A program made the position numbers and the translations under genes. The notes beneath the pieces were generated by a model. The model saw only the letters and a list, made by a program, of their open reading frames with translations, was not told the origin of the DNA and made no database searches. Below, one piece after another: positions 12,500 through 24,974 of a stretch of 64,000 nucleotides of DNA (its first letter is position 1; the number at the start of each line of letters is the position of its first letter). Source of the DNA: Macrostomum hystrix (Eukaryota > Animalia > Platyhelminthes); NCBI GenBank assembly GCA_950097015.1, contig CATNEN010000038.1, positions 7,750,001 to 7,814,000 of the forward strand, read 5' to 3'.

Positions 12500-12850
12500 G
12501 GGGGTCGGTCGCAGAGCGGTTATCGCGTTTGCGTCTCGCACCACGATTCTTAAGTTCGATTCCACGGCGAGGCCACATTTATTTGGGCGCAGAGAGAAGG
12601 CTTTGGGGGCTTGTCGTACATTTTACGCCCTCGAGGGCCAACCTTCAAGGCACAGTGAAGTGTTACCATACGATGAGAAAGTTTGGGCAGATTTACACAT
12701 CTGTGTGAGCATGTGCCTGCGTAAGGTATCTGTGCGTGTGTGGTGTGTGCTCAGGAGTCAGTGAAATGGGCAGAATTGATAATTTCCTCCTCGGTGGCTG
12801 CGGGTCTAGTGTCACCAAATTATGTGCCAGGCGGCCCTCCTGAAAATATT
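12500..12850 (+). mobile_element. tRNA-derived SINE, family A copy 2
   Basis: GGGGTCGGTCGCAGAGCGGTTATCGCG...GTTCGATTCC head. The body is homologous to the reverse complement of 10585-10927, with an AT-rich tail. Confidence 0.8.
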
Positions 12851-13522
12851 TTTTATTAATGTTGCGCCAAACTAATATTTTGTATAACTACTACCGTTAT
12901 AAGTATCAGTATAAGCTTCAAACATAAGAGGCAAGTTTAACAAATTTTATAGTGTAAAATTTGCCACGGTATTTTGCGTACAGTGCATGCTTGTCCTTAA
13001 TTAACAATCACTTTATAATATAATTTTTTAATGAAATTCTTACAAAGTCAAAATGTCCATTAACCGTATTTAATGTAATTTATATATAGTTGTACCGCTT
13101 TATTGGTCGGCAGGGAGGGTGATTTAGTAAATTGTATATGGTGTATTTTTAATTCACATTTTACAAGTACCTATTCGGTGAATAAAAAACCGCTATAGTC
13201 TGATCGATCATGCACAATAGTCAAGGTCACTTTACCACTGAAGATCGGCACAAGCTTTACTTATATATAGATGTGTGTTTTTATTTTAATTATATAGTAT
13301 ACAAAATAACCATTAGAAACTACATATAGTCCGAAGACAATTGACCTAAAAATGAGTCTGCTTTTTAGGTCACAAAAACCATAGCATTTTAATCTTTCTC
13401 ATGTACTCCTTGCGGCGATACACACTCTCATAGGTACAGTGACTATAAATATGTGCGCTGTTTTTAAGCAACGCAAAGCATTGTTGTTCTGCTGACTAAT
13501 TCTTTAACTCGTGTTCGTTAGC

Positions 13523-14271
13523 TCATCGCACGCGCTGGTAGGTGCCCAGCTTCCGGTTGCAGACGGGACAGTAGTGGCCCACGTCCTTCAGGCTCGGGAT
13601 GCACAGCGGGATCAGGCAGCAGCCGAGGAACAAGAAGAACGGAATGCCGAAGAAGCAGATGGCGCCAATAAGCAGCCACACCAGCAGGCCGTTCTCATAC
13701 TCGATTCTCGTGACAACCACCTGGTTGCAGTGCTGGCAGGCTGTGGTGATTGGAGTCTCGCCAAATATTTTTGGCCCGGTGGACACAGTGACCACTTGCA
13801 CCTGATGAAGAATTGAGTTCATTTTGAGTTTATATCAGTTCAAATTTACTGATAATTTTTCGACCTAAATAAGTACCAGCGGCATTAGCTGGGGCGGAAA
13901 TTTTAGTGGGTTTTGGCCGCTCTCGCCGGCCAGTCCACGGACTGAGCATGCTTTGGAAGGGTCAAAAGGTATTTTTAGTTGATAAGCACCTGTGGCTGCT
14001 GCATCTGGGGCACTGGTTGGTAGCCTGGTACATGCTGCTGCGGCGGATAGCCCTGAGGCTGCGGCGGATAGCCCTGAGGCTGTGGCGGGTAGCCCTGAGG
14101 CTGCGGCGGATAGCCCTGAGGCTGCGGTGGGTAGCCCTGAGGCTGCGGCGGATAGCCCTGAGGCTGCGGTGGATGGCCCTGAGGCTGCGGTGGGTAGCCC
14201 TGAGGCTGCGGCGGATAGCCCTGAGGCGGCTGCTGGCTGTAAGACGGCGGCGGATCTTGCTTGGAGTCCAT
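13523..14271 (-). CDS. LITAF/CDIP1-family protein (Pro/Gln/Gly/Tyr-rich N-terminus, LITAF zinc-binding domain)
   Basis: Exons 14271-13990 (MDSKQDPPPSY, then (PPQPQGY)n) and 13801-13523 with CQHC, a hydrophobic segment, GCCLIP and HYCPVC. The phase-0 intron is GT-AG. Confidence 0.88.
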
Positions 14272-14994
14272 GCTCTCGGTTGTCAGCTTCTGGCCTTGCT
14301 AAGCTGCTGCTTTTGACTACTGAATCCGGCTGTGCACCGCTGTGCAGAGAGTTTTATCGTCCGGGGCGGTTTTAGCGGACAGAACTGCAGCTGTGAAGGC
14401 GGGTAAGAAGGACATTGCAGGCAGGATGAGCGGCCGTGTCTGGGGTTGGTAGGGCTCGCTGTTGGCGAAATAAAATCGATGCGGTGAGCGGGGGAGAGAA
14501 GGGGAGAGGGAGTGTGCAGTTCACAGTACATTCAACTAAGGAAATAATGGGCGGAGGCAGCAATTGGGGACGAAGGTTAGTAAAAGAAGGTCTTGAATAT
14601 CAGGCCTAGCTCACACTTCACCATAACATACGAGAGATAGGCACTGTACATAAACCGCGACATCTACAGTGACACAATCCAATGTTTATATTTGGTGTCT
14701 GTTATTTTTCACGTTAAGAAGCAAAGTCACGCAAGTGCGTGTAGTTTAAAAATCTGTAAAAGCAGTGATAAATTGTGCAGTAAAGCAGTAAGCATTTGCT
14801 TTCATGTCAACTTCCTGTTTGTCTAACAAGCAGAAGCAAACTATTCTTGGGTACTTTAATTAGGGACTGGGTTATCTATTAACAATGTTTAATTTTGGTT
14901 TTGTTTTTTGAGCTTGTGTGTATAAACGAGTGTCTTCACTGATCAAGAAAATACTGGTTTGTCTAGTAGGCTCCTTCTAATTCTTGAGTGCAGG

Positions 14995-15689
14995 CTCATT
15001 CAATCAGTGGACGCGCTGGCGGCTGGTAGGTGCCCAGCTTCCGGTGGCTCAGTCAGTAAGGTGTCGGACTTTGGATCAGATGGTCCTGGGTTCGACTCCC
15101 GACCTAGTCTAGAACTATTCGTGCAGCCTTTGGCAAGCTGCTTTGCCCTGATGTGCACACAGTCTACTCAGCTGCGGATGAGTACCGACATTTCGTCGGG
15201 TAATAATAATTCCGGCTGGCGTGGAATAAAGCAGTTCTGTGCGGCGATTCTGTGGGGTTTGGATGCTGCCGATATGTTTGGAAAAATAAATTTCATTGCT
15301 GACACGCGGCTGTCAACTGGTGTCCGAGAGAGCCGGGGAGTACTGGTGTGCAGTCCCACCTGCTAGTGTGCCTGGCACACAACACCTGCACTGGCCCTTG
15401 GGTCTAGTGTCAATTATTATTATTATAGCTTCCGGTTGCAGACGGGACAGTAGTGGCCCACGTCCTTCAGGCTCGGGATGCACAGCGGGATCAGGCAGCA
15501 GCCGAGGAACAGGAAGAACGGAATGCCGAAGAAGCAGATGGCGCCAATAAGCAGCCACACCAGCAGGCCGTTCTCATACTCGATTCTCGTGACAACCACC
15601 TGGTTGCAGTGCTGGCAGGCTGTGTTCAGGGGCACACAAAAGAAGACTTAAATGACTGGCGGCCTGACAGATACCGTCACCACCTGAAC
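14995..15689 (-). pseudogene. Disrupted tandem LITAF paralog (last-exon copy)
   Basis: 15430-15622 is nearly identical to 13549-13743. After the acceptor near 15690 the frame reads VQVVTVSVRPPVI*VFFCVPLNTACQHC, with an in-frame TAA. It is interrupted by a SINE at 15046-15426 and has a small duplication in the original tail (TACCAGCCGCCAGCGC). No matching first exon was found. Confidence 0.72.
15046..15426 (+). mobile_element. tRNA-derived SINE, family B, with (ATT)n tail and 10-bp TSD
   Basis: TGGCTCAGTCAG A box, GGTTCGACTCC B box and an ATTATTATT tail. The TSD AGCTTCCGGT lies at 15036-15045 and 15427-15436; the empty site is visible in the intact LITAF copy. Confidence 0.88.
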
Positions 15690-15739
15690 CTGGGGTTAAA
15701 CGCGTGACGGAGCACTGTGGACTGCCAGCCTATGGCATA

Positions 15740-16010
15740 TCTGGGTGAAAGATCAGCTGTGGATTGCAAGTCTATGGTATATGGGTGAAAGATCAGCTGG
15801 GGATTGCAAGTCTATGGTATATGGGTGAAAGATCAGCTGTGGATTGCAAGTCTATGGTATATGGGTGAAAGATCAGCTGTGGATTGGTATATGGGTGAAA
15901 GATCAGCTGTGGATTGGTATATGGGTGAAAGATCAGCTGTGGATTGCTAGTCTATGGTATATGAATTAAAGATCAGCTGTGGATTGCTAGTCTATGGTAT
16001 ATGAATGAAA
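15740..16010. repeat. 40-bp minisatellite
   Basis: TATGGTATATGGGTGAAAGATCAGCTGTGGATTGCAAGTC units. Confidence 0.9.
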
Positions 16011-17464
16011 GATGAATGAAAGGAAAATGAAAATCATGTATAAAAATGAAAGGAATAGAAGAAAAGGAGTGGAAAGGAAACAAAGAAGTTTATATATGTA
16101 TGTAATGTATATAAGCAAACATATTTGTGAATAGTTTTTTTCCCTAGTTATTAGGCCTATACCTGGCAATAATCTACCTGTTTATGAGCTTTTATATATT
16201 TAATATATATTAGGGGGCCTATAATATATATATATATATATATATACATTTTTATACATGAATATATCTAAGCCATATAAGAATTGATAAATTATTGAAT
16301 TTTATGGTTAAAAAATAATGAGTATATTTAATGCTCTAGCGGTCTAGGGCTCTCTCTTCAATATTCTCCACTGTAATGTTACACTTACACTATGACCCTT
16401 TAGTTAGGCCCTACCCAAAGTTACTATTTATTACTCGTAGTGCTGCCACCAAGCAGAAGGAACTGCTATCAAAGGAATGTTCCGAAGAAATTCCTTATTT
16501 GCACCTTTATTCTCTAGGGTAGCGTTTCTCTCTCTCTCATATGTGTAGGCCTATACGTTGCCTGAGAGGTCTTAATTTAATTAAATTTATTAAATTTATT
16601 AATTTAAATAAATTTAATTTGTGAAGAATTAATATTTTTATAGGCCTATTACATTAATTTCAAATATGTCGGCTACTTATAAACAAGAAATTTTTACTTA
16701 AGATTTTGTGCTGCTGTATAGCTATACATATTAATCACAGTACTCATAATAGTAGCTATCACACTATTAGCTTAGGCTTGGGCCTGTGCCTGTTCTTTAA
16801 CAAGCCTAGCTAAGAAGACATTTTAGCTAATGTCCAGCAGAACATGCTTTTTAGCTAGATTTTCGCTAGAAGCTAGCTATAATATGCAAGGTATCTTTCT
16901 ACTATGGTCTGAGCCATGGGGTCTGTTTATAACTATAGCTATAGGCATATAGCCAAGCATTCATATCTAGCTAGGCATAGGTAGGCCAAAATGTAATAGC
17001 TATCATGCTAGCAAATTATAATGAGCAATAATAGGCCGATAGGAAACAATAACATACAAATAAATTGTAAAGACACTGCATCGAATCGATCCAGGTAACT
17101 CTTTCTAAAGGAGTCAGTCATTGAAACGGTATCTAACAGAATTGATTATATATTATATTTAAGCACGAAGATTTGTGCCCTATAAAAGCATTGCATTGGC
17201 TTTGAAAGCTATTGGCTGCGCGCAGAGACGCACATGTCACCTTACGGGAAATCTGCACTGGGGAGAGAGCAGGACGATGTAAAGATTTAGGAACGTGCTG
17301 GATAACTGGCACATGGTAATGGACTCCAGTGATAATGCACTATTTTATAGCCTGGGACCAGACGAACCAGCAGTCTGCAATGGAAAGATTAATGTAAGAA
17401 GAAAGCTGCCACTTTCTGAAGACCAGAAGACCAGACTTCCACTCTTTCCAACCTTTACTAGCTG

Positions 17465-18450
17465 CTACTCTCCCCACCATTCACCTGCCACGCTCCCACC
17501 ATTCACTTGCTACTCTCCCCACCTTTCACCTGCCACTCTTCACACCCTTCACCTGCCACTCTCCCACCATTCACTTGCTACTCTCCCCACCTTTCACCTG
17601 CCACTCTTCACACCCTTCACCTGCCACTCTCCCACCATTCACTTGCTACTCTCCCACCATTCACCTGCCACTCTTCACACCCTTCACCTGCCACTCTTCC
17701 CACCATTCACTTGCTACTCTCCCCACCTTTCACCTGCCACTCTTCACACCCTTCACCTGCCACTCTCCCACCATTCGCTTGCTACTCTCCCACCATTCAC
17801 CTGCCACTCTTCACACCCTTCACCTGCCACTCTCCCACCATTCACCTGCCACTCTTCACACCCTTCACCTGCCACTCTCCCACCATTCACTTGCCACTCT
17901 TCACACCCTTCACCTGCCACTCTCACACCCTTCACCTGCCACTCTCACACCCTTCACCTGCCACTCTTCACACCCTTCACCTGCCACTCTCACACCCTTC
18001 ACCTGCCACTCTTCACACCCTTCACCTGCCACTCTCCCACCATTCACCTGCCACTCTTCACACCCTTCACCTGCCACTCTTCACATCATTCACCTGCCAC
18101 TCTTCACACCCTTCACCTGCCACTCTTCACACCCTTCACCTGCCACTCTCCCACCATTCACCTGCCACTCTTCACACCCTTCACCTGCCACTCTCCCACC
18201 ATTCACCTGCCACTCTTCACACCCTTCACCTGCCACTCTTCACACCATTCACCTGCCACTCTTCACACCCTTCACCTGCCACTCTTCACACCCTTCACCT
18301 GGCACTCTTCACACCCTTCACCTGGCACTCTTCACACCCTTCACCTGCCACTCTCCCACCATTCACCTGCCACTCTCCCACCATTCACCTGCCACTCTCC
18401 CACCATTCACCTGCCACTCTTCACACCCTTCACCTGCCACTCTCCCACCC
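17465..18450. repeat. 22-23-bp pyrimidine-rich minisatellite
   Basis: TTCACCTGCCACTCTTCACACCC / ...CTCCCACCA variants. Confidence 0.93.
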
Positions 18451-18904
18451 TTATCTAGCTGCCGTTCTTCCCACCTATCACAAGCAGTTTCAGTTTAAAA
18501 AAGCATGACAGTGTCTCATGAACTCCAAGCATAGTTTTTATTATATATGCTTTTTAGCAGTAGCAGTTGTGTATTTATAATCTTAAATCTTATAACAATC
18601 CAAATACTCGTATAATAACTCAGAATAGGAAAATTTTAACACACAGACGCGCTCGCATGAATCCGATGTTCAACACAGGTTCAAGCGATGGGATTGGGAC
18701 AAGACTGCAGTGCAGGAGTGGCAGTATGAGAGCATGGCGTTGAAAGGGCTTTTGTGCGATAAAATACACGTCAATTGCTTACTTTTCAGCTGCTTAACAA
18801 TGGCGATGACACAAAATTCGGCAATGACCATTCGTTTAAGGCAAGTTTAATAAACATCTTGATTCAGATAGACACTTTTGAACACTGAAACCCCAACTGA
18901 TTGC

Positions 18905-19455
18905 TGCTTTGGCTGGTGGACTATGTACATTCTAGCTAAGAAGTAAGAATTCACTCCTCTAACTGACAGCTGATTGGCTGGTGGACTATGTGCTATCTTA
19001 GCTAGGAATCTACTAACCCTAACTGACAGCTGATTGGCTGGTGGACTATGTGCTATCTTAGCTAGGAATCCACTAACCCTAACTGACAGCTGATTGGCTG
19101 GTGGACTATGTGCTATCTTAGCTAGGAATCTACTAACCCTAACTGACAGCTGATTGGCTGGTGGACTATGTGCTATCTTAGCTAGGAATCTACTAACCCT
19201 AACTGACAGCTGATTGGCTGGTGGACTATGTGCTATCTTAGCTAGGAATCTACTAACCCTAACTGACAGCTGATTGGCTGGTGGACTATGTGCTATCTTA
19301 GCTAGGAATCTACTAACCCTAACTGACAGCTGATTGGCTGGTGGACTATGTGCTATCTTAGCTAGGAATCTACTAACCCTAACTGACAGCTGATTGGCTG
19401 GTGGACTATGTGCTATCTTAGCTAGGAATCTACTAACCCTAACTGACAGCTGAAC
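18905..19455. repeat. 60-bp minisatellite
   Basis: Consecutive 60-nt lines 18961-19440 are nearly identical. Confidence 0.95.
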
Positions 19456-20785
19456 TGGTTGGAGGGCAAAGTGAAATCTTAGATTTGAATCTACTAACTC
19501 CAGCTGCCAGCTGGTTGGCTAGAACAGGGTAGAAGCATAAAACGTTTGCATTTGCAAAGCAACAATGTTAGGCAAAATATACGCAGGCGCAAAAGACAAC
19601 AGCAAAAAGATCAAAAGGATATTCTAATTGTGCTGTCTTGGCGACTCGCAAAGAAGGTAAATACATTGATTTTAGGCAAATTTTGACTGCCAGCGAAGCT
19701 CAAAAGAAAATTTCACGAACACGAACAGGAAAGTAATCATAGCCGGCTGCAGCTTCTGCGGCAGAGCAAAGGGTCATAAAGAGCCAAGCTTTGAAAATAA
19801 TGATCCAAGCCAGTCAAGCTCATTAAATGGCGAGCATTGGGTGCGCAGATGCTGGCTATACTACTCAGCATTTGACGTGAGTAGCTGAAATAGAAAACTA
19901 ATGCGAATATGGGCCTTGGCCCTCAGATCCGCCCCCAGAGAAATTGTTGCTTATCTTATTAGTAACATGCAAACAACAAACATGCTTTAAAATATTGCAA
20001 ACCAACTGGCTACGTACAAGCGTAGGCAACTAAAGTGCACAAGAAATGTGTTTGCATTTCATGTCGGGTAAAAAAGACAGACAGCAGTTACTACTGACAA
20101 GTAGGATAGTGAGTACGATCTGACTTACTTAAGTTAAAAGAGGCGAACAATGATGTCATAGGCCATTTAGTAATATCAGTCAGGACATCATGGTACAAGG
20201 CATTAATTCTGCAACAATATATTCTTTTAATACTTTTCCGATGACGATCGCTAGACAATGAATTTTAGATTTATAGCAGAGAAATGTACTTTAGAATAAG
20301 CAAGGAAAGATTCTCGATTCCACACGGAAAGTTCTATTAGCTTATAACTGGCGTTAAGGAATAGTACACTTAGATATTTTCAAACAGAATTCCACTCAAA
20401 GCTGAGTTACTCTGTAAATAGTGAGCGATATCTAATGAACTTTCCAATGTGAAATGGTGTCGAATAGAGGCTGGTAAACAAACAGAAGAAGCTGCAACTC
20501 AAGCCATAGCAGTGTGCACTTGCAACCAGAAAGGCATTTAGGAATGTGCAGCCATTGTGCAGCCAAGAACAACAGCGAAACCGATTGCCATGAGGAAGAA
20601 TTTATCTAACAGAAAGCGAAGGCTAATAAAACTGGAGAGCCGATCACAGAGACAAGGTAGAAACAACACAGAACTAACGAACTGTCTTTAAAATGTTGTA
20701 AAATACGTCGGCAAAATGAAATATCAGAACAATAGTAATAACATGTACTCTTAAACATCTTATGTTCGAATCTAAATCTCAAATA

Positions 20786-21441
20786 ACACCTGTGCACCAG
20801 CTAGCTGCAATTATTGCAGTCACACCTGTGCACCAGCTAGCTGCAATTATTGCAGTCACACCTGTGCACCAGCTAGCTGCAATTATTGCAGTCACACCTG
20901 TGCACCAGCTAGCTGCAATTATTGCAGTCACACCTGTGCACCAGCTAGCTGCAATTATTGCAGTCACACCTGTGCACCAGCTAGCTGCAATTATTGCAGT
21001 CACACCTGTGCACCAGCTAGCTGCAATTATTGCAGTCACACCTGTGCACCAGCTAGCTGCAATTATTGCAGTCACACCTGTGCACCAGCTAGCTGCAATT
21101 ATTGCAGTCACACCTGTGCACCAGCTAGCTGCAATTATTGCAGTCACACCTGTGCACCAGCTAGCTGCAATTATTGCAGTCACACCTGTGCACCAGCTAG
21201 CTGAAATTATTGCAGTCACACCTGTGCACCAGCTAGCTGCAATTATTGCAGTCACACCTGTGCACCAGCTAGCTGAAATTATTGCAGTCACACCTGTGCA
21301 CCAGCTGGCTGCAATTATTGCAGTCACACCTGTGCACCAGATAGCTGAAATTATTGCAGTCACACCTGTGCACCAGCTAGCTGCAATTATTGCAGTCACA
21401 CCTGTGCACCAGTTAGCTGAAATTATTGCAGTCACACCTGT
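20786..21441. repeat. 36-bp minisatellite
   Basis: ACACCTGTGCACCAGCTAGCTGCAATTATTGCAGTC units. Confidence 0.95.
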
Positions 21442-21478
21442 AAACCAACAGAAACGCAACAGAAATGTCGTCGGAGTC

Positions 21479-22928
21479 TCAAGACTTGCAGTCGCTTTCA
21501 ATCTGGTCCAAGTCTAGCTGCTCAAAGTCTGCCTCGCTGTCAACGGGTGCGTGGGCGAGGCGCTCCTCATCGTAGTTGTCTTCGTCAGCGTCGTCTAGAT
21601 CTTCCTCTTCTTCATCGCTAGAATCGGCGACCGCCGCGGCCGCGGCAGCGGACAGGGACGAAGAGTTGGTGGCGGAGTTGATAGTTGGCAGGCCGATCAG
21701 GTAGCTCCTGCCGGTGTGGCTAAGACGGACGTCGCCGGCGCTGCCGGGGCAAGGACAGCTGTCGCAGTGCTTGCGCTTTGGTGCGGCGTGAAAGCTGGGC
21801 TGCGACTGGCAGCGGGTGTCTGGACTGCTGCTGCTGTTGCTGTTGTTATTGTTAATGTTTTGCCCGCCTTCATCATTGCCACCGCTTGTTTGCAGGTGCT
21901 GCTGCTGCTGCTGCTGCGAGTGCGGGTTTAAGCTGAGCGACTCAAAGCCGGGCACCAAGGCCTGCTGAGGCCGCAAAGCCACGGGGCGGAAGATCAGGCG
22001 GTCGCAGGGGCCGGCCGAGGCCACGAGGGCGGCGCGTTGCAGATGATACTGGTGCTGGCGGTGGTGACAGGCCCGCTTGGGCGGCAGGAGCGGCGGACTC
22101 GAGGGCGGCGCGGGCGGGGGCGAGTAGAGCGACGATGAGGCGACTGGCAGAGGGCGAGAATTGTGGATAGTAAAAAGCTTTAGTAAATACTTTTGGCTGA
22201 AACAGTGACAATGTCATAGAAAATGAATAAGTGTGACAGCATAGGAACGAGTGTGACAGCAATGGAACAAGTGTGACAGCAGAGGAACAAGTGTGACAGC
22301 AGTGGAAGATGTGTGACAGCATAGAAACAAGTGTGAGAGCAGTGAAACAAGTGTGACAGCATTGGAACAAGTGTGACAGCATAGGAACAAGAGTGACAGC
22401 AGTGGAACAAGTGTGACAGCAGTGGAACAACTTGTGAGTGTGAAACAAGTGTGAGAGCAGTGAAACAAGTGTGACAGCAGTGGAACAAGTGTGACAGCAG
22501 TGGAACAAGTGTGATCCGGGCTCACCAGTGGAGGAGCTACAGCGCTGAACAGCAGCTGAGTCACCAGTCATTGTCAAGGGTTCCGACACTGGGCCTGGCT
22601 GGCACAGCCGCTTCCAGTTGTCATCAGGCTGCGAGAAAAGTTGCCGTTGATTTTTTTATATTAATCAATATGCTCTTCGGTGATTTGGTATGCTGAGTGT
22701 GAGACAATTATGTAATATATTCGCTTTGAAGTAATCACATTTTACATGTCTCTCTTAATTGCCAACTTAAAAGTTACCCACCTCAGCAATAGAAATGTGT
22801 TCCATGGTGTTAAGTCTAGTCTGTTGATTCACTTTTGCCAGATGGGTAGACACAATTGAAGCGGCTGGATAACTCTGTCCTTTTTGTTGATGATGCTGCT
22901 GCTGCTGATCATTCATCAAAGAAAGCAT
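21479..22928 (-). CDS. Low-complexity protein, FAM53-like
   Basis: Phase-compatible GT-AG exons 22928-22782, 22628-22526 and 22143-21479 give an open frame. The motifs PPKRAC, IFRPVA, PKRKHC, an acidic tract and C-terminal LDLDQIESD resemble the FAM53 C-terminal LDxEQIExN. The family assignment is tentative. Confidence 0.55.
22229..22514. repeat. 20-bp minisatellite
   Basis: AAGTGTGACAGCAGTGGAAC units; intron 2 of the FAM53-like gene. Confidence 0.9.
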
Positions 22929-24291
22929 AGCTAACTTTAAGAGCTAAATTTAAATTTTCAGATGTCCTAGCATGCTAAGGCAATAAAGAGCTTGGATAAA
23001 TGATAAACAGATGCTGCCAGCGAAGTGCCAAACTGGGGCGCCACTTGGACAGACAGACAGACAGGCTGCCAGCAGGCCGCTGCACTTCTAGTCAGCTTGT
23101 CTGGCTGCTGTTACTGAAAGTAGTCAAGTTAGTTTTTTAACTGGATTTTAAGAAAGCATGAAGTCTACAGTTTCATTAAAAATTATTTATTATATATACT
23201 ATTTCTTATATTATATTTTTTACCTCACTATCCTCTCAGGAAGAACACCGAATTCATCATTAAGCACACTATTATCTCATTGAGCAAATGATCACCCACA
23301 CTAAGCAGAGTAGCCTATTCGAAAACATTAGCCTTGCCCTTATTTAACAAATTAAGCTCTTCACTTATCTGCCATTAAAACAAAAAATGAAAGACAATTA
23401 GTAATTTTGCTAAATGTAGGACATACTCTTTATTGCCAAATTATCCCCTTGCTCATAGATTGAAATTATTACGATGTTATATTTTCTATATTTAATTATA
23501 ATTTTTTTCCTTACATCTATTTATACTTTCACTTTTTGTAGCTTTAGAATTTTGTGAAAAGGCATGAATTGTGAAATTTACAACAATCGTACACTTATTT
23601 TTTTGTAAAATATGCAGATGCAAGTGATATAGACCAAATTTAATAAACTGAAAATCTGCAACATTTTGAAAATATTTTTTTAATTGCGTAAATTTGTTTT
23701 AATGCGTAATTTCTTTTGTTTAAATGAGCTATAATTATTTTGTTTAAAATGACAAATTCTTAGTATAAATACAGGAACAAAATCGAGGGAAAATCTAACT
23801 GTGTTCAACACAGTTTGATACAAAGTTTGTATACAATACTCAGAAGTGTTCTTTCATTCTTTAAAAAATGTACACAGACAAATGCTAAGAAAGATTCAGG
23901 AGAGACAGAAGTAGAAAGTATTGCTGTACACTTGAGATCATTGGTAATGCTCTTTGGAAAGCCTATACTCAGAAATACATATGAATAACTAAATACGCTA
24001 CCTAGACTAACTAAATACAATACTCAGAATAACTAAATACACTACCAGACTAAATATGCTACCAAGAAATTCTTTGAAATATATATAAAATACATTCTAA
24101 GACTAATTCTAAGAAAAAAATGAAACTACTTAGACATATTTAAATACCTCTGTAAAACAACTTTCATAGAATATTAATAATAAGAAATACAACAACATTG
24201 TGAAAGTAAAGTTAGAATGGTAATTGGCACTAGGACAACATTGGTAACAGCAGTAGGATTTTCTTAAAGGCCTATATTATCAAATTATCCC

Positions 24292-24974
24292 CCATAGTCA
24301 GGAAGGTGGCAGAGTGTGCGCCAGAATAAATTTTGGAAGGACAATCTGTGTGCCATGTGTGCACCGTCTGTGTGCCATCTGTGCGCCGTCTATGCGCCAT
24401 CTGTGCGCCATCTGTGTGCTATCTATGCGCTGTCCCCTAACCTTGACCTTACAAAGAAAAGCACCCTATGTTAACCTAAGGGTATATAACTTACTAAGTC
24501 AGTTAGTCACTTGATTTGATTATTGTATTTCAAATTCAAAGTTAAGCAAAAATAATAATATTAAATATATATATATATATACTATACAAGCAAATTACTA
24601 AGCAAATATATGTAATATTGAAAAAAAACTGAATTGAAAGCAGTAATTGTAACACAGTTGATGGGATAAGTGCAATGGGATAAGTCAATGATTCAATGCT
24701 ATGCAACACAAAAGTTATGAACAATTTCAATATTTCAAAAATGCAAGTTAGAATAACAAATATGCAATTTACGACAAATTATGACTTCTAGGAATTTATA
24801 GTGTGCACTGCAGCTTATGGGCCAATGTGCACCGAGACCCTTTGTGTACACCACGCTTGTGTGCCAATGTGTGCCAAGACCCTTTGTGTGTGCTGTGCTT
24901 ATGTGCCAATGTGCTATGAGACCCTTTGTGTGCACGGGAATTTTCCCCCTCAGAGGCCACCTTCCTGACTATGG
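24292..24974. mobile_element. Non-autonomous DNA transposon (MITE-like), 19-bp TIR, 8-bp TSD
   Basis: Perfect TIR CCATAGTCAGGAAGGTGGC (24292-24310) / GCCACCTTCCTGACTATGG (24956-24974). ATTATCCC is duplicated at 24284-24291 and 24975-24982. Subterminal TGTGCC-rich repeats are present. Confidence 0.88.

Noticed and set aside
15046-15110. tRNA gene (also the heads at 12500 and 10927)
   Set aside because: A and B boxes are present, but the sequences continue into 300-bp bodies with tails or a TSD and no clean cloverleaf is evident, so they are SINE heads.
18905-19455. Regular repeats as a CRISPR array (also 5225-6618 and 38555-39159)
   Set aside because: The units are head-to-tail with no unique spacers, there are no cas genes, and the context is eukaryotic.
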